Both the position numbers and the translations under genes were made by a program. From positions 17,236,001-17,300,000 of the forward strand of contig NC_086097.1 of assembly GCF_963921235.1 (NCBI RefSeq): a stretch of 64,000 nucleotides of DNA, written 5' to 3'. The stretch comes from Mobula hypostoma (taxonomy: Eukaryota). This document shows positions 50,186 to 61,835 of the stretch, piece after piece (the first letter of the stretch is position 1; each line of letters begins with the position of its first letter). The notes beneath the pieces are model-generated. The model ran no database searches and was not told where the DNA came from. It saw nothing but the letters and a program-made list of their open reading frames with translations.

Positions 50186-50214
50186 CAGCTGCCATATTAG
50201 GCATCTGGGAATGT
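50186..50214. promoter_or_regulatory. Candidate muscle enhancer module: E-box, CArG, E-box, MCAT
   Basis: CAGCTG 50186-91, CCATATTAGG 50192-201, CATCTG 50202-07, GGAATGT 50208-14, abutting, in non-repetitive DNA. Confidence 0.55.
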
Positions 50215-51154
50215 TTGACCATAGCAGATGTTGTATCTGTTGCAATACAAAATACAGTCTGCTTCTTATTCAATTACCAGTAGACATGATCACATCACCA
50301 GTCAGATCATATCTGTTTACAACCTTTAACAAGAAAATCATTTCACCGACGTGACACTTCTGAATTTCCCTTAAAATATCTTTACACTACTGTTACACCT
50401 TTAAACTGGGAGCAGTGTGGCCTCCAGAGGGAGGTACAGGAACACTCCGATAATTCGGTGTCCAATTATTCAGCTTCTGGCTCACTCGTTAGTCTGGAAT
50501 GTGAGCCTGGTCTGAACTACAGCCCAAGCCAGGGCTGGGGTCGGAATAACAGGAGTCAGGAATGCGAAGACAATGCTCTCTGCACTCTGTACCTTCCTAC
50601 TCCCTTTAAATTCACTGGAAAATTTAATACAATACTGCACAACATGTAAAAACCGTGAAATAAGAACATGTGTGGGTATTAATAGGAGTGACATCCAAAA
50701 ATCCAAAGAATCCAAAGATACCCTATTGGCATTTTACACCTTCTGCATAATTGCACGCATACTGTCACAGGCATTGTAATTAAACCTGTTCATATGGCAG
50801 CAGACCTTCAAAGTTCAAAGTACATTTATTATCAAAGTACGTATGCCATATACAAACTCGAGAGTCACCTTCTTGTAAGCAGTTACAAAAATTAGAAACA
50901 CAATAGAGTTCACGGGAAAAAACCCATACCACAAAGATGATCGTATAACCAAAGTGCAATAAAAAAAGGAAGAACAACTCATACAAACAATAAAAAAAGC
51001 ACTGAAACATGAACAGAACATGAACGCAGAGTCCCAGAATGTAAGCTCACAACAACATAGCCAATTCAGAACTGCAGCCGACCCAATGGCTCCTCTCAGA
51101 GCTCTCAGAAGGTCTGAGAGGAGCTATTGAATGCACTCTTCAGAAGTTCCCTAG

Positions 51155-51645
51155 AATCATAAGAACACACAGCACAGAAACAGGCCCATATGGCCCACTT
51201 TGTCCATGTCGATATAATCCCACATGCCAGCATTAGGCCTGTGTCCCATCCAAGCATCTGTCCAAATGCCTTTCAAATGCAGCAAGTTCATCCACCTTCA
51301 TCACCTCTTCTAGCAACGTTCCAGATATTTGCCACACTCTGCATGAAAAAAAAAGCTTTTCCCTCAAATTTCTCCCCTCTCACCTTAAAACTGTGCACTT
51401 TATTTTTTGACTTGTTGCTCTGGAAAACATCACCAATCTATTCCATTATGTCCCTCATATTCTTGTAAATCTCTGTATGGTCACCACTTCGCCTCCTACA
51501 TACCAGTGAGAATCAACTAAGTCTATCCAAGATCTGTTTGTTACTACAATCTTCCATTCCAGGCAACATTAGGTTGAATCACCTCTGCATCCTCTCTAAT
51601 GTATTCCTATCACACCCATTTTATAGTGTGGCAGCCAGAAATGCA
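51155..51645 (-). mobile_element. Old CR1/HER1-like 3' fragment
   Basis: 'cacagcacagaaacaggccc' tail and 'ccaggcaacat...tgaatc.cctctgca.cctctc'. Confidence 0.7.
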
Positions 51646-52692
51646 CATCAGATCAGGCAGCATCCATGGACAACAAAACTGAGGTAATACTGAAGGCTGA
51701 TAATCTTTTGTCAGAGCTTATTACAACAGTTCTGATGAAAGTTTATTTTTAATGTTGCGTTTCTGGTATCTGTGGTATTTTGTTGTTGAGGTGTATTGTA
51801 AGGATTACTTTCATTGAAACCTTGGTTTGGCGGGAGGTGAGGCTCCTCTCAGGGTCGTTGGGTAGCTGAGTTAGAATTGAGATGCAGGACTTACAATAAG
51901 CTACAGATCAACCCAGATCTAATTGGATTGTAAAAGAGAATAGGACAATCTAACGTACCTTCCTTGTTGCAATGTTCTTAATTATTATAGCATTAATGAT
52001 GGATATTTTATTAATTTATTTGTGGTACATTTTGTTTTATATGCTACGTGTGATATATGTATTGGGGTGCACCGTTAGGAATGTGGTTTCATTTGGTTGT
52101 ATACATGTACAGTCAGATGACAATGAACTTGAACTTGAGTGCAGGATGACAATAGGTTAAAATAAAACTTACCAGTAATGCTGCAATATGTGTCTAGTCT
52201 ACCTAACAGTATGCAACCAGAATATAATTCCAACAGCTGGCAATGAGGGCTGCAGGCAGAGACTTGTGTGAGCTCTATACGCTGAGCTGGGGAACTCACA
52301 GGGAAGGTTTTCCTTAAATTGAATCACAGACTAGTTACAGCACAGAAGATGCTCGTTTAGCCTTTTGAATCCTTGCACAAAATCAATCCAGTTATTTCCA
52401 TCAGACTGCTGGAGACCTGGCCAAGTGATACTTCATTGAAGTTTTTCTGCTGTGAAGTAATCCCGCTGGTGGACCGAGAAAAAGAACATCAGCACTTCTG
52501 TGCACCTGTGTTTTATTGAGCAAGTTAGCAGTCTGTCAGGGGTTCCTTTTACCTAGCTCCTGCACACCTTGGTAGACCAGCAGGAAGAAGTAAACATTTG
52601 AAAAGCAATATGACTTTTCAATGCCATGTTCTCAATCCTTTATCCCTGAAGAATAGCATGAAAGAGCCCTCAGAGATCTGTGCAACGTCAGC

Positions 52693-52877
52693 CTATAAAT
52701 AGCCTGACTGGATGTGGTCCAGTTCTCTGTAACTAACAGGGTCACTGCAGCGACACACAGCTGCAGATCCACTCTTCAGGGCTGAAAGGCTGGTGCTGTT
52801 GAATTCCTGCTGAGGCCTCTGCACATTGTCTCTATAATGGGGGTACTCATCACCACAGGCCAAGTAAGCAGGTGAGA
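52693..52877 (+). promoter_or_regulatory. Candidate TATA/MEF2 promoter with short first exon (ATG 52837)
   Basis: CTATAAATAG 52693-702; ataATGG; donors CAA|GTAAGC (after 52863) and CAG|GTGAGA (after 52871). Confidence 0.4.
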
Positions 52878-53199
52878 CATCTGCAGCCGGCTCCCGTCCT
52901 CGGGTTTCCGCCATTGTGGAACTCTGCAGGTTAAATCAACAATGTACAACAGATAATGCCTTGGGAATGGATGGATGCATCCTCTCTGCAATATTTGTAG
53001 CACACTTTACATTGTCTTATCCCCTAATGGCTGAGGACAAAACTAATTGTTCTTTTCATTGCCCCTTATCCAATCAAGTAAGCAAGCCGGAGACACAAGG
53101 AACTGCAGGTGCAGGAATCTCCACAATAGACAAGATGCTGGAGGAATTTGGCACGTGAGGCAGCATTTGTGGGGGGGGGAGGGAGTTGGAGAGTTATTT

Positions 53200-53482
53200 T
53201 TATTTATTTATTGAGATACAGCATAGAATAGGACCTTCTGGCCCTTTGACCTCCACCGCTCAGCAACTTCCTTATTTAACCCTAGCCTAATCACAGGACA
53301 ATTTACAATGAGCAATTCACCTACTAACTGGTATGTCTTTGGACTGTGGGAGGAAACCAGAGCACTCAGAGGAAACCCATGCAGGCATGAGGAGAACGTA
53401 CAAACTCCTTATAGGCATTGACGGGTATGAACCAAGGTCGCTGGTATTGTAAAGCATTGTGCTGACCACTCCACTACCATGC
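53200..53482 (-). mobile_element. V-SINE (HE1-like)
   Basis: 'tttggactgtgggaggaaaccagagcactcagaggaaaccca' V-core; head at ~53480. Confidence 0.85.
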
Positions 53483-53510
53483 CAATCGTATTTCAAGTTA
53501 AATCCCCCAT

Positions 53511-55090
53511 AGTCATAGTCATAGTCATACTTTATTGATCCCGGAGGAAATTGGCTTTCGTTACAGTTGCTCCATAATAATAAATAGTAATAGTAATATT
53601 ACTATTAGTAAATAGTAAATAGTAAATAGTCATGGAAATAATAAATAGTAATAGAATAGTAATAGAAAAATAGTAATAAATAGTTAAATAGTAATATGTA
53701 AATTATGCCAGTAAATTATGAAATAAGTCCAGGACAAGCCTATCGGCTCAGGGTGTCTGACCCTCCAAGGGAGAAGTTGTAAAGTTTGCTGGCCACAGGC
53801 AGGAATGACTTCCTATGACGCTCTGTGCTGCATCTCGGAGGAATGAGTCTCTGGCTGAATGTACTCCTGTGCCCACCCAGTACATTATGTAGTGGATGGG
53901 AGACATTGACCAAGATGGCATGCAACTTGGACAGCATCCTCTTTTCAGACACCACAGTCAGAGAGTCCAGTTCCATCCCCACAACATCACTGGCCTTACG
54001 AATGAGATTGTTGATTCTGTTGGTGTCTGCTACCCTCAGCCTGCTTCCCCAGTGCACAACAGCAAACATGATAGCACTGGCCACCACAGACTCGTAAAAC
54101 ATCCTCAGCATCGTCTGGCAAATGTTAAAGGACCTCAGTCTCCTCAGGAAATAGAGACGGATCTGACCCTTCTTGTAGACAGCCTCAGTGTTCTTAGACC
54201 AGTCCAGTTTATCGTCAATTTGTATCCCCAGGTATTTGTAATCCTCCACCATGTCCACACTGACCCCCTGGATGGAAACAGGGGTCACCGGTACCTTAGC
54301 TCTCCTCAGGTCTACCACCAGCTCCTTAGTCTTTTTCACATTAAGCTGCAGATAATTCTGCTCACACCATGTGACAAAGTTTCCTACCGTTGCCCTGTAC
54401 TCAGCCTCATCTCCCTTGCTGATGCATCCAACTATGGCAGAGTCATCCGAAAACTTCTGAAGATGACAAGACTCTGTGCAGTATTTGAAGGCTGAGGTGT
54501 AAATGGTGAAGAGAAAGGAAAGTGTTGCAAGCACACGTACTGTGGTCTGCCGGTCAGGTCATCAAGAATCCATGATACCAGGGAAGCATCCACCTGCATC
54601 GCTGTCAGCTTCTCCCCCAGCAGAGCAGGGCGGATAGTGATGAACACACTGGAGAAGTCAAAAAACATGACCCTCACAGTGCTCGTTGGCTTGTCCAGGT
54701 GGGTGTAGACACGGTTCAGCAGGTAGACGATGGCACCCTCAACTCCTAGTCGGGGCTGGCAGGCGAACTGAAGGGGATCTAAGTGTGGCCTGACCATAGG
54801 CCGGAGCAACTTCAGAACAAGTCTCTCCAGGGTCTTCATGATATGGGAGGTCAATGCCTCCGGTCTGTAGTCATTGAGGCCGCTAGGGCGCGGCGTCTTC
54901 AGCACAGGGACGAGGCAGGACGTCTTCCACAGTACAGGAACCCTCCGGAGCCTCAGGCTCATGTTGAATACATAGTGAAGTACTCCACATAGCTGAGGGG
55001 CACAGGCTTTGAGCACCCTGGTACTGACACCATCCGGTCCTGCAGCCCTGCTTGGGTTGAGACATTTCAGCTGTCTTCTCACCTGTTCAG
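53511..55090 (-). mobile_element. Young 5'-truncated Rex1/Babar LINE with an internal deletion in RT
   Basis: ORFs 54432..55082 (AAGPDGV, NDYRP.ALTS, MFFDFSS) and 53740..54534 (LQKFSDDSAIVG); PQG motif missing at ~54520; (agtcat)n tail; ccccat on both flanks. Confidence 0.95.
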
Positions 55091-55249
55091 CCCCATGAAG
55101 GGTCTTGACCTAAAATATCTTCTGTTCATTTCACTCCACAGATACTGCCTGACCCGTTGATTTCTTTCAGCATCTCTGTTGTTGTTCCAAGTATGTAGGC
55201 TGCTGTGAAACCACTCCCGACTTCGAGAATGGTGCCCCCATTGATAATC

Positions 55250-55810
55250 ATAAAATTATGGTAAACAGGAGGAAGGGGCCTTTTGAGCTTACTTCACCAT
55301 CAATAAGGTCACTGCTTGTCTTATCTTGTTATCAGATCAATTTCCTGCCTGATCCCCATAGCCCTAGACTCCTCTTGAGGCAAAACTCTATTCAGCTTGG
55401 CCTTGAATATGTTCATAGCTCCAAGGTAATGAGTTCCAAATGTTTAAAACTCTTGGAAGCGAAGTTCTTTCCTCATTTCCACCTTAAATGTGTGACTGCT
55501 TATCCTGAAACTATGCCTCCTGGTTCTAGGTTGTGCCATGAAAGGAAACGTTCTTCCCCAATCTCTCAAAACTTGTATGTTCAAACAAGATGATCCTTCA
55601 TTCTTCGAAACTTCAATTAGTGGAGTCCCAACCTTTGCTGAAAGACAACCTGCTCATCCCAGACATATACCAGTGAACCTCCTCCAAATTTCCTTCCAAC
55701 GCATTTGCATCCCTCCTTAAATAAGGATACCAAAATTATAATTATTCCAGACATGATCTTATCAACATGCTGTAGTGCTATGGTAGAAACTCTCTATATT
55801 CAATTCTCCC
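55250..55810 (-). mobile_element. Old CR1 fragment
   Basis: 'gaagttctttcctcatttcc.ccttaaatg', 'ccttcattctt..aaact', 'ccttaaataaggataccaaaa'. Confidence 0.65.
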
Positions 55811-56112
55811 TATAATAAAATAGAGCTCTGGAGTCACACAGATGCATGGAACCGTAATGGGCCGTTTGGTTCCTCATGCCCTTACTGAACCCTTTGCCTA
55901 GATACAATAACCTCATTTGCCACAATAGGTCCCCATCAATCTTGCACCTCATGGTCTACCTGCTCTGTGCTTTCTCTGCAGCTATCACACTTTCCTCTGC
56001 ATTATTATTGTTTTATCTTGTTCTACATACCTCAATACACTGTGTAGTTATTTGCAACTTTTTGCAACTCTACAAAGCACTTTTCCAACCACACTGGGAG
56101 TATTGTGTGCAT

Positions 56113-56275
56113 GAGAAAGTCTGCAGATTCTTGGAAATCCAAAGCAGCACACACAAAATGCTGCAGGAACTCAGTAAGTCCGGCTGGAAATGAATAAACA
56201 GTCGACGTTTCGTGCCAAGACTCTTCTTCAGGACTGGAAAGGAAGGGGGAAATGCTGGGAAAGGAGCATAGCTAG
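56113..56275 (-). mobile_element. Penelope-type terminal repeat carrying a hammerhead motif (56199-56236), nested in a CR1 remnant
   Basis: Minus strand caguc-CUGAAGA-a-gagucuuggcac-GAAA-C-GUC/gacug; 5-bp stem I, imperfect stem II. Confidence 0.7.
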
Positions 56276-56499
56276 AAGGTGAAGTCATATTGTGTGTAGT
56301 TCTGATTTAGCATGCTGTAGGCAGGATGGGTTGTGCTGGAGAAAGAGATGGGGGGGGTGAACGGGAGAGTTCACCAGGATATTGCTTGGATTGGAAGATT
56401 TTAGTTAGGAGGTGAGATTGGATAGGCTGATTATTTTCCCTGGCGTGAAGAAGACTGGGGTGTGACCTCAGTACAATTGACAATAATAAACCAATTTCA

Positions 56500-56960
56500 A
56501 TTCAAAATATTTAAGTACCCATTGTCACTATCTCTTCCATGTACTAATTGTATCTGCTTCCAGCGAGGTTCAGATGTCAACTACTTTGTGTAAAAAATTT
56601 CCCCTGAGATCCCCTTTAATATTCTGTCCTCTCACCTTAAGCCAATTCAGCCTTGTTTTTGATATCGTTACTATGGAAAAAATATTCTGATTACCTACCT
56701 ATGGAAAAAATATTCTGATTACCTCTCATAATCTTATATACCTCTATCAGGTCATCCCTCAGCCTTCCTCACTCCAGGGAAAAAAATAAATCAACCTCTC
56801 CAATTTCACCTCCTAACGAAAGTCTTCCAATCCAGTCAATATCCTGATGAACTCCACCACTGCCATCCCTCACCCAGATCCCACACTCTCTCTAGCACAA
56901 CCGCATCCTGAAAGCATTCTGTAAAATTGCAGCTGTTCCAGCTGTTATATTCTATACTAT
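56500..56960 (-). mobile_element. Old CR1 fragment with an internal ~28-bp tandem duplication
   Basis: 'cctctcataat.ttatatacctctatcaggtca.ccctcagcc'; ctatggaaaaaatattctgattacct occurs twice. Confidence 0.7.
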
Positions 56961-56987
56961 AACTTTTGAAGACAACCATGTCATATT

Positions 56988-57817
56988 CACTCAGTGGCCA
57001 CTTTATTATGTATTTCTGTACCTAATAAAGTGACCACAGGGTGTATGTTCATGATCTTCTCTGCTGTCGCCTATCCACATTGAGGATCAATGTGTTGTGA
57101 ATTCAGAGATGTTCTTCCGCACACCACTGTTGTAATGTGTGGTTACTTCAGTAACTGTTGCTTTCAGGTCAGGTCTGTTCATTCTTCTGGGACCTCTCTC
57201 ACTAACAAGGCATTTTTACCCACATAACTGGTGTTCGCTGATTGTTTTTGTTTTTTGCACCATTCTCTGTAAACTCTGAAAACTGTTGTGCGTGCAAGCC
57301 CCATGAGATCAACTGTTTCTGAGATACTCTAAACACTGCCACTGGTACCAACAATCATTCCACTGTCAAAGTCACTTAGATCACATTTCTTCCCCATTCT
57401 GATGTTTGGTCTGAATAACAACTGAACCTTTTGGCCATGTCTGCATGCTTTTATGCATTGAGTTACCTGTATACCTGTTCATTAATTTGCATTAATTCTT
57501 TCAATCCTGTGCAGTAGCCCCCTCCCCCCCTCCACCAGATGGTGATGCAGCCAGTCAGAATGCTCTCCACAGTATATCTGTAGAAGTTCTTGAGTGTTTT
57601 AGGTAACAAACCAAATCTCCTCAAACTCCTCATGAAATATAGCCACTGTCTTGCCTTCTTTATAGCTGCATCGATATGTTGGAGCCAGTTTAGATCCTCA
57701 GAGATCTTGACATGCAGGAACTTGAAATTGCTCACTCTCTCCACTTCTGATCCCTCGATGAGGTGATGCTATTAATGAGCAGGTATACATGTTACCTAAT
57801 AAAGTGGCCACTGAATT
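56988..57817. mobile_element. Non-autonomous Tc1-type element with both TIRs, interrupted by a Rex1 fragment (~57495-57762, minus)
   Basis: cactcagtggccactttatta ... taataaagtggccactga; ORF 57463..57744 (ERVSNFKFL..KISEDL) is the insert. Confidence 0.8.
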
Positions 57818-58354
57818 TATGTTCTTTTCCCCCTCTCGCTCCATAATTCCACTTTTGCAGAACTATTGATTTGTTCCCATGGCCCCTCAGTTCATCAGCA
57901 TTTCTTATGGCCTCATTACTTACTGTATATGTTCTACCCCTATGTGGTAGAACTCAAAATGACTTCTCAAAATGCGGCACCTTGTACTTGCCAAATTGAA
58001 TTCCAACTGCCTGTGCATTACGCAACTCTTTGTCTGCTGTATCCTTAGACAACCTTCCTTGCTTTCTTCCTTCTTGTTAAAAGAAAAGAAGGAAAAGCCA
58101 TAATATACCTTCCCAGGGCAATAGAAGTTGTTAGTTCACTTCACCTCCTCAATCACTTCCTCATGACGTGCACCCTGAGAAATTCGCTGTGTGTGGTCAC
58201 ACAGTCACACTCCTCTCAGATTAATGGACTGCTGCAGTGAAAATGATTGAGATCATTGTTCAGCAGGTGCAGACTTCCAAATGGTACATGAGGGCTTGCA
58301 TTGCTCCAAGGACACAGTAAAACCCCACTGGATTGGCTGCTCAGTCTTTCTCAG

Positions 58355-58435
58355 GCATACACCAGACGGCATGGGGATTGCAGAGGACAGGAAATCAGGA
58401 GCTTTGAACATGACTGCTTGCAGGATTTTTCAATG
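58355..58435 (+). other. Candidate host-gene exon (81 nt) or end of an alternative first exon
   Basis: ctttctcag| acceptor and ATG|GTAAGT donor; two open frames; strong-context ATG at 58371. Confidence 0.35.
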
Positions 58436-58646
58436 GTAAGTTTTTAAATCCACTTATATCTTTCATAAACTGAATTTACCCTTGGGTAGTGCACATTTTT
58501 ATTTAAAAAGCCCATATCCTTGAGATTTAGTTTTTTACAGCACAGGCAAAGTAGGAAAGTGGAAATGATGGTTGTCTTTCAAAGGAAGTCTGGTACACAA
58601 CGGTCTCCCTTTGGGGAGAGTTAATTAAAAGGCAAGATGGTGATCA

Positions 58647-59325
58647 GAGTCAGAATCAGGTTTAATATCACTGGCACATGTCATGAAATTTGTTAACTTA
58701 GCTGCAGCAGTACAATACAATTCATGATAAATATAAAGAAATCAATCAATTAGTTACAGTAAGTATATGCATGTACATTAAATAGTTAAATTAAAATTAG
58801 TGCAAATACAGAAAGAAAGTGAGATAGTGTTCATGGGTTCAACGTCCGTTTAGAAATCGGATGGGAGAGGGGAAGAAGCTATTCCTGAATCAACGGGTGT
58901 GTTCCTTCAGGCTTCCATACCTCCTTCCTGACGGTAACACTGAGAAGAGGGCGTCTCGTGGGTGATGAGCGTCCTTAATAATGGGCACTACCCCTCTGAG
59001 GTCCCCGCCCTTTGAAGATGTCCTTGATGGAGCTGACTAATCTTACAAGTTTCTGTGGCTTTTTACGAGCCTGTGCAGTACCCCCCTCACCCCCATACCA
59101 GACAGTGATGCAGCCTGTCAGAATGCTCTCCACGGTACATCTGGAGGTGTTTTTGAGTGTCTTAGGTGCCAAACCAAATCTCCTCAAACTCCTAATGAAA
59201 TATAGCTGCTGTCTTGCCTTCTTTGTAGCTACATCGATATGTTGGGACCAGGTTAGATCCGCAGAGATCTTGGCACCCAGGAACTTAAATGCTCACTCGG
59301 TTCACTTCTGATCCTTCTACGAGGT
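58647..59325 (-). mobile_element. Rex1/Babar 3' fragment with (cagaat)n tail
   Basis: ORF 58975..59187 (TVESILTGCITVWYG); same family as 17860-18555. Confidence 0.88.
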
Positions 59326-61059
59326 GATGCTACACACCTGGAAAAGGAAGAAGTGACTATATATACATAATAGTGTGGCTTTGACAATGAGGCTGACAAA
59401 AGGGCCTTGTGTTTGCACTTGACCTCCAAGTAAACCATGTCACACAAGAGAGTAAGACAGTGCCAAACACTTTCATTACAGAGATTAAACAAAGGTTAAA
59501 TAATAGGAACATTTCCTAAGGCCACTACAACACAGAAAGAGGACAAACAGTTGATCCAGTCTATGTTGGAATCCTGGTTTATTTCATTCACTGTGGTGGA
59601 TTTAGCTCCTAAACACAAATCCAAATCTCTGGCCTACCTTTAACCACTGCTATCAGCCCTGTGCAATACCCATTCCACTCCATTTCGAAACAACCAAATC
59701 TGTGATGAAAGCAGTAAATATGGGAAACACTCACCAGGTCAGGTAGAACCTGCGGAAAGAGAAACTGTCGAAATTTGTCAGAATTAAGGATGAAAGAAAG
59801 GCAAATTGGTTTTCAGTCATAGAGGAGGTAGGGACAGGCTGTGAAGAGCAAAGCAAATATCTTTGATTGGGTCAGACCCTGATGAGTTAATGAGGACACA
59901 ACAACATAGAAGGAGGACAAACAGTTGGTCCTGTCAATGCTGGGAAACCCGGCTGGAGGTACATTTTGCTACTTTGGCTGTGTAATGTGTTGTAAATGAT
60001 GGGACTGGGACATACCCATCAGGCTGGACTAAAATAAGAAAGAGTGATGAAAGGCAGAAATGGCCACTTCTGATACAGCCAGAAAGAAATAGTAATTTAC
60101 CTAAAGATGGAGCGCTTGATATCGAGCCTGGACGGCTGCAGTGTGCCCTCAAGAAGATGAAGTATTGTTAGTCAAGTTTGTTTTGGGCCTTGTTGTAATA
60201 GTGCAAATGGCCACAGGCAGAGAGTGCGGAATGGAATCGTTATGCAGAATTAATCTAAAGGCAATAGTACCTTTAAGGCAGAATCAGAGAAAGAGGTCTT
60301 GCAACTCCGTGAGGTCACTCCATCATTCGGCTAGAACACATTCGATCTGTTAGGTTGATAGGATGTCTTTCGCAGCACTATGGCGTTAGTGGAATTAGTC
60401 CTCCCCTGAACTTCAGCTGCTGCTGTAACTAGAATGTATGTGTACGACCATCTGATTGTCACTTCCATATTATTTACATTACTGAGCCTCTCTTGAGGCA
60501 CAGTCAGGGCTGGGAATGCTGACAAGGAAGTTTGGGATTAGCATTATTCAGAAGAACAAAGGATCAGATTGCTTCTGTGTTTCGGTTTTTCACAGACAAA
60601 GTTGCTTCTATGTTCTATGTTTCTCCACTTGTTTTTAACTCCATTCAAGAGCAGGACAAGGAAAACCTGCCCTCTGGTGCCTTAAAAGAAATGTATAAAA
60701 GATTGATTTCAGGACATAAACTGAGTAAACTAAGTAAAATTTTATAAAAGCCTTAGCCTGCAGGATTATCCTCCGCCCAACCTCATAGGTATTTAACAGA
60801 GGAAGGAATCATATTTTCAAGAAAGACACCAAGGTATGCCTTCAACATTGGAACTAAGACTCTACATACAGCATCTAGCGAGGAACTGCACAAGACATTT
60901 TTTTAAAACAGCGCAGACTTTTGGTAGATAATGCCAAGAGCTTTATGTTGTTAGATTAGATGCTAATGTTTTTTGCTGAGGTCTGTGGGGAAAAAATGCA
61001 TGTAATTAGATGAAAGAATAGCAGAGTAGAGCTGAACGACATTCAAAATTACAGGCAGA

Positions 61060-61835
61060 GAAATAGCAGATGGAGTTTAATCCAGGCAAGTGTGAGGTGC
61101 TACAACTTGGGAGATCAAATATAAAGGAGAAGTACGCAGCTAATGGCAGGACCATTGCTGTACAGAGGTATCTTGGGGGCCAAGTCCATAGCTACCTGTA
61201 AGCGGCCACACAATACATGGCATGCTTGCTTTTATTGGTCAAGACATTGAGTTCAACACTCAGCAAGACATGCTGCAGCTTTATAAAGCTTTGGGTAATT
61301 TGTGTCAGGAATATTGCATTCATTTCTGGTCTCCACATCTTATAAAGTATGTGGGGGCTTTGATGAAGGAGCAGTGGAAGTTTATCAGGATACTACCTGG
61401 ATTCGAGGACATTAGAGATCAGAAAAAACTAGGATTGTTTTCTCTGGAGCAGCCGAGGTTGAGAGGAGATCTGACAGTAGCATTATGAGAGAAATCGACA
61501 GAGTATCATTGTCTCTGAGTTAAAATGTCTAATGTTAGAGGGAATGCATTGAAGAGGAGAGGGGGGAAGTTCAAAGGAGATGTATGGAGTAAATTTTTTT
61601 ACATAGGAAGTGGTGGGTGTATGGAATGTGTTGCAGGGGCAGTAATGGGAAGCAAGCACAATAGATGGCTCATTTAAGAGACTCTTGGATATCCATACAT
61701 GAATATACAGAGAATGAAGGGATATCAACCATGTGCATGTGGAAGGGATTAAGCGTATTAGCTTAATTATTTCAGTACAGCATAATGGGCTGAAGGGCCT
61801 GTTCCTGTGCAGTACTGTTCCATGTCCTATGCTCT
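61060..61835 (+). mobile_element. Old CR1/HER1-like 3' fragment
   Basis: ORF 61222..61488 (MLAFIGQDIEF..MLQLYKAL..EYCIHFWSPH); tail 'gggctgaagggcctgttcctgtgc.gtactgttc'. Confidence 0.85.
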
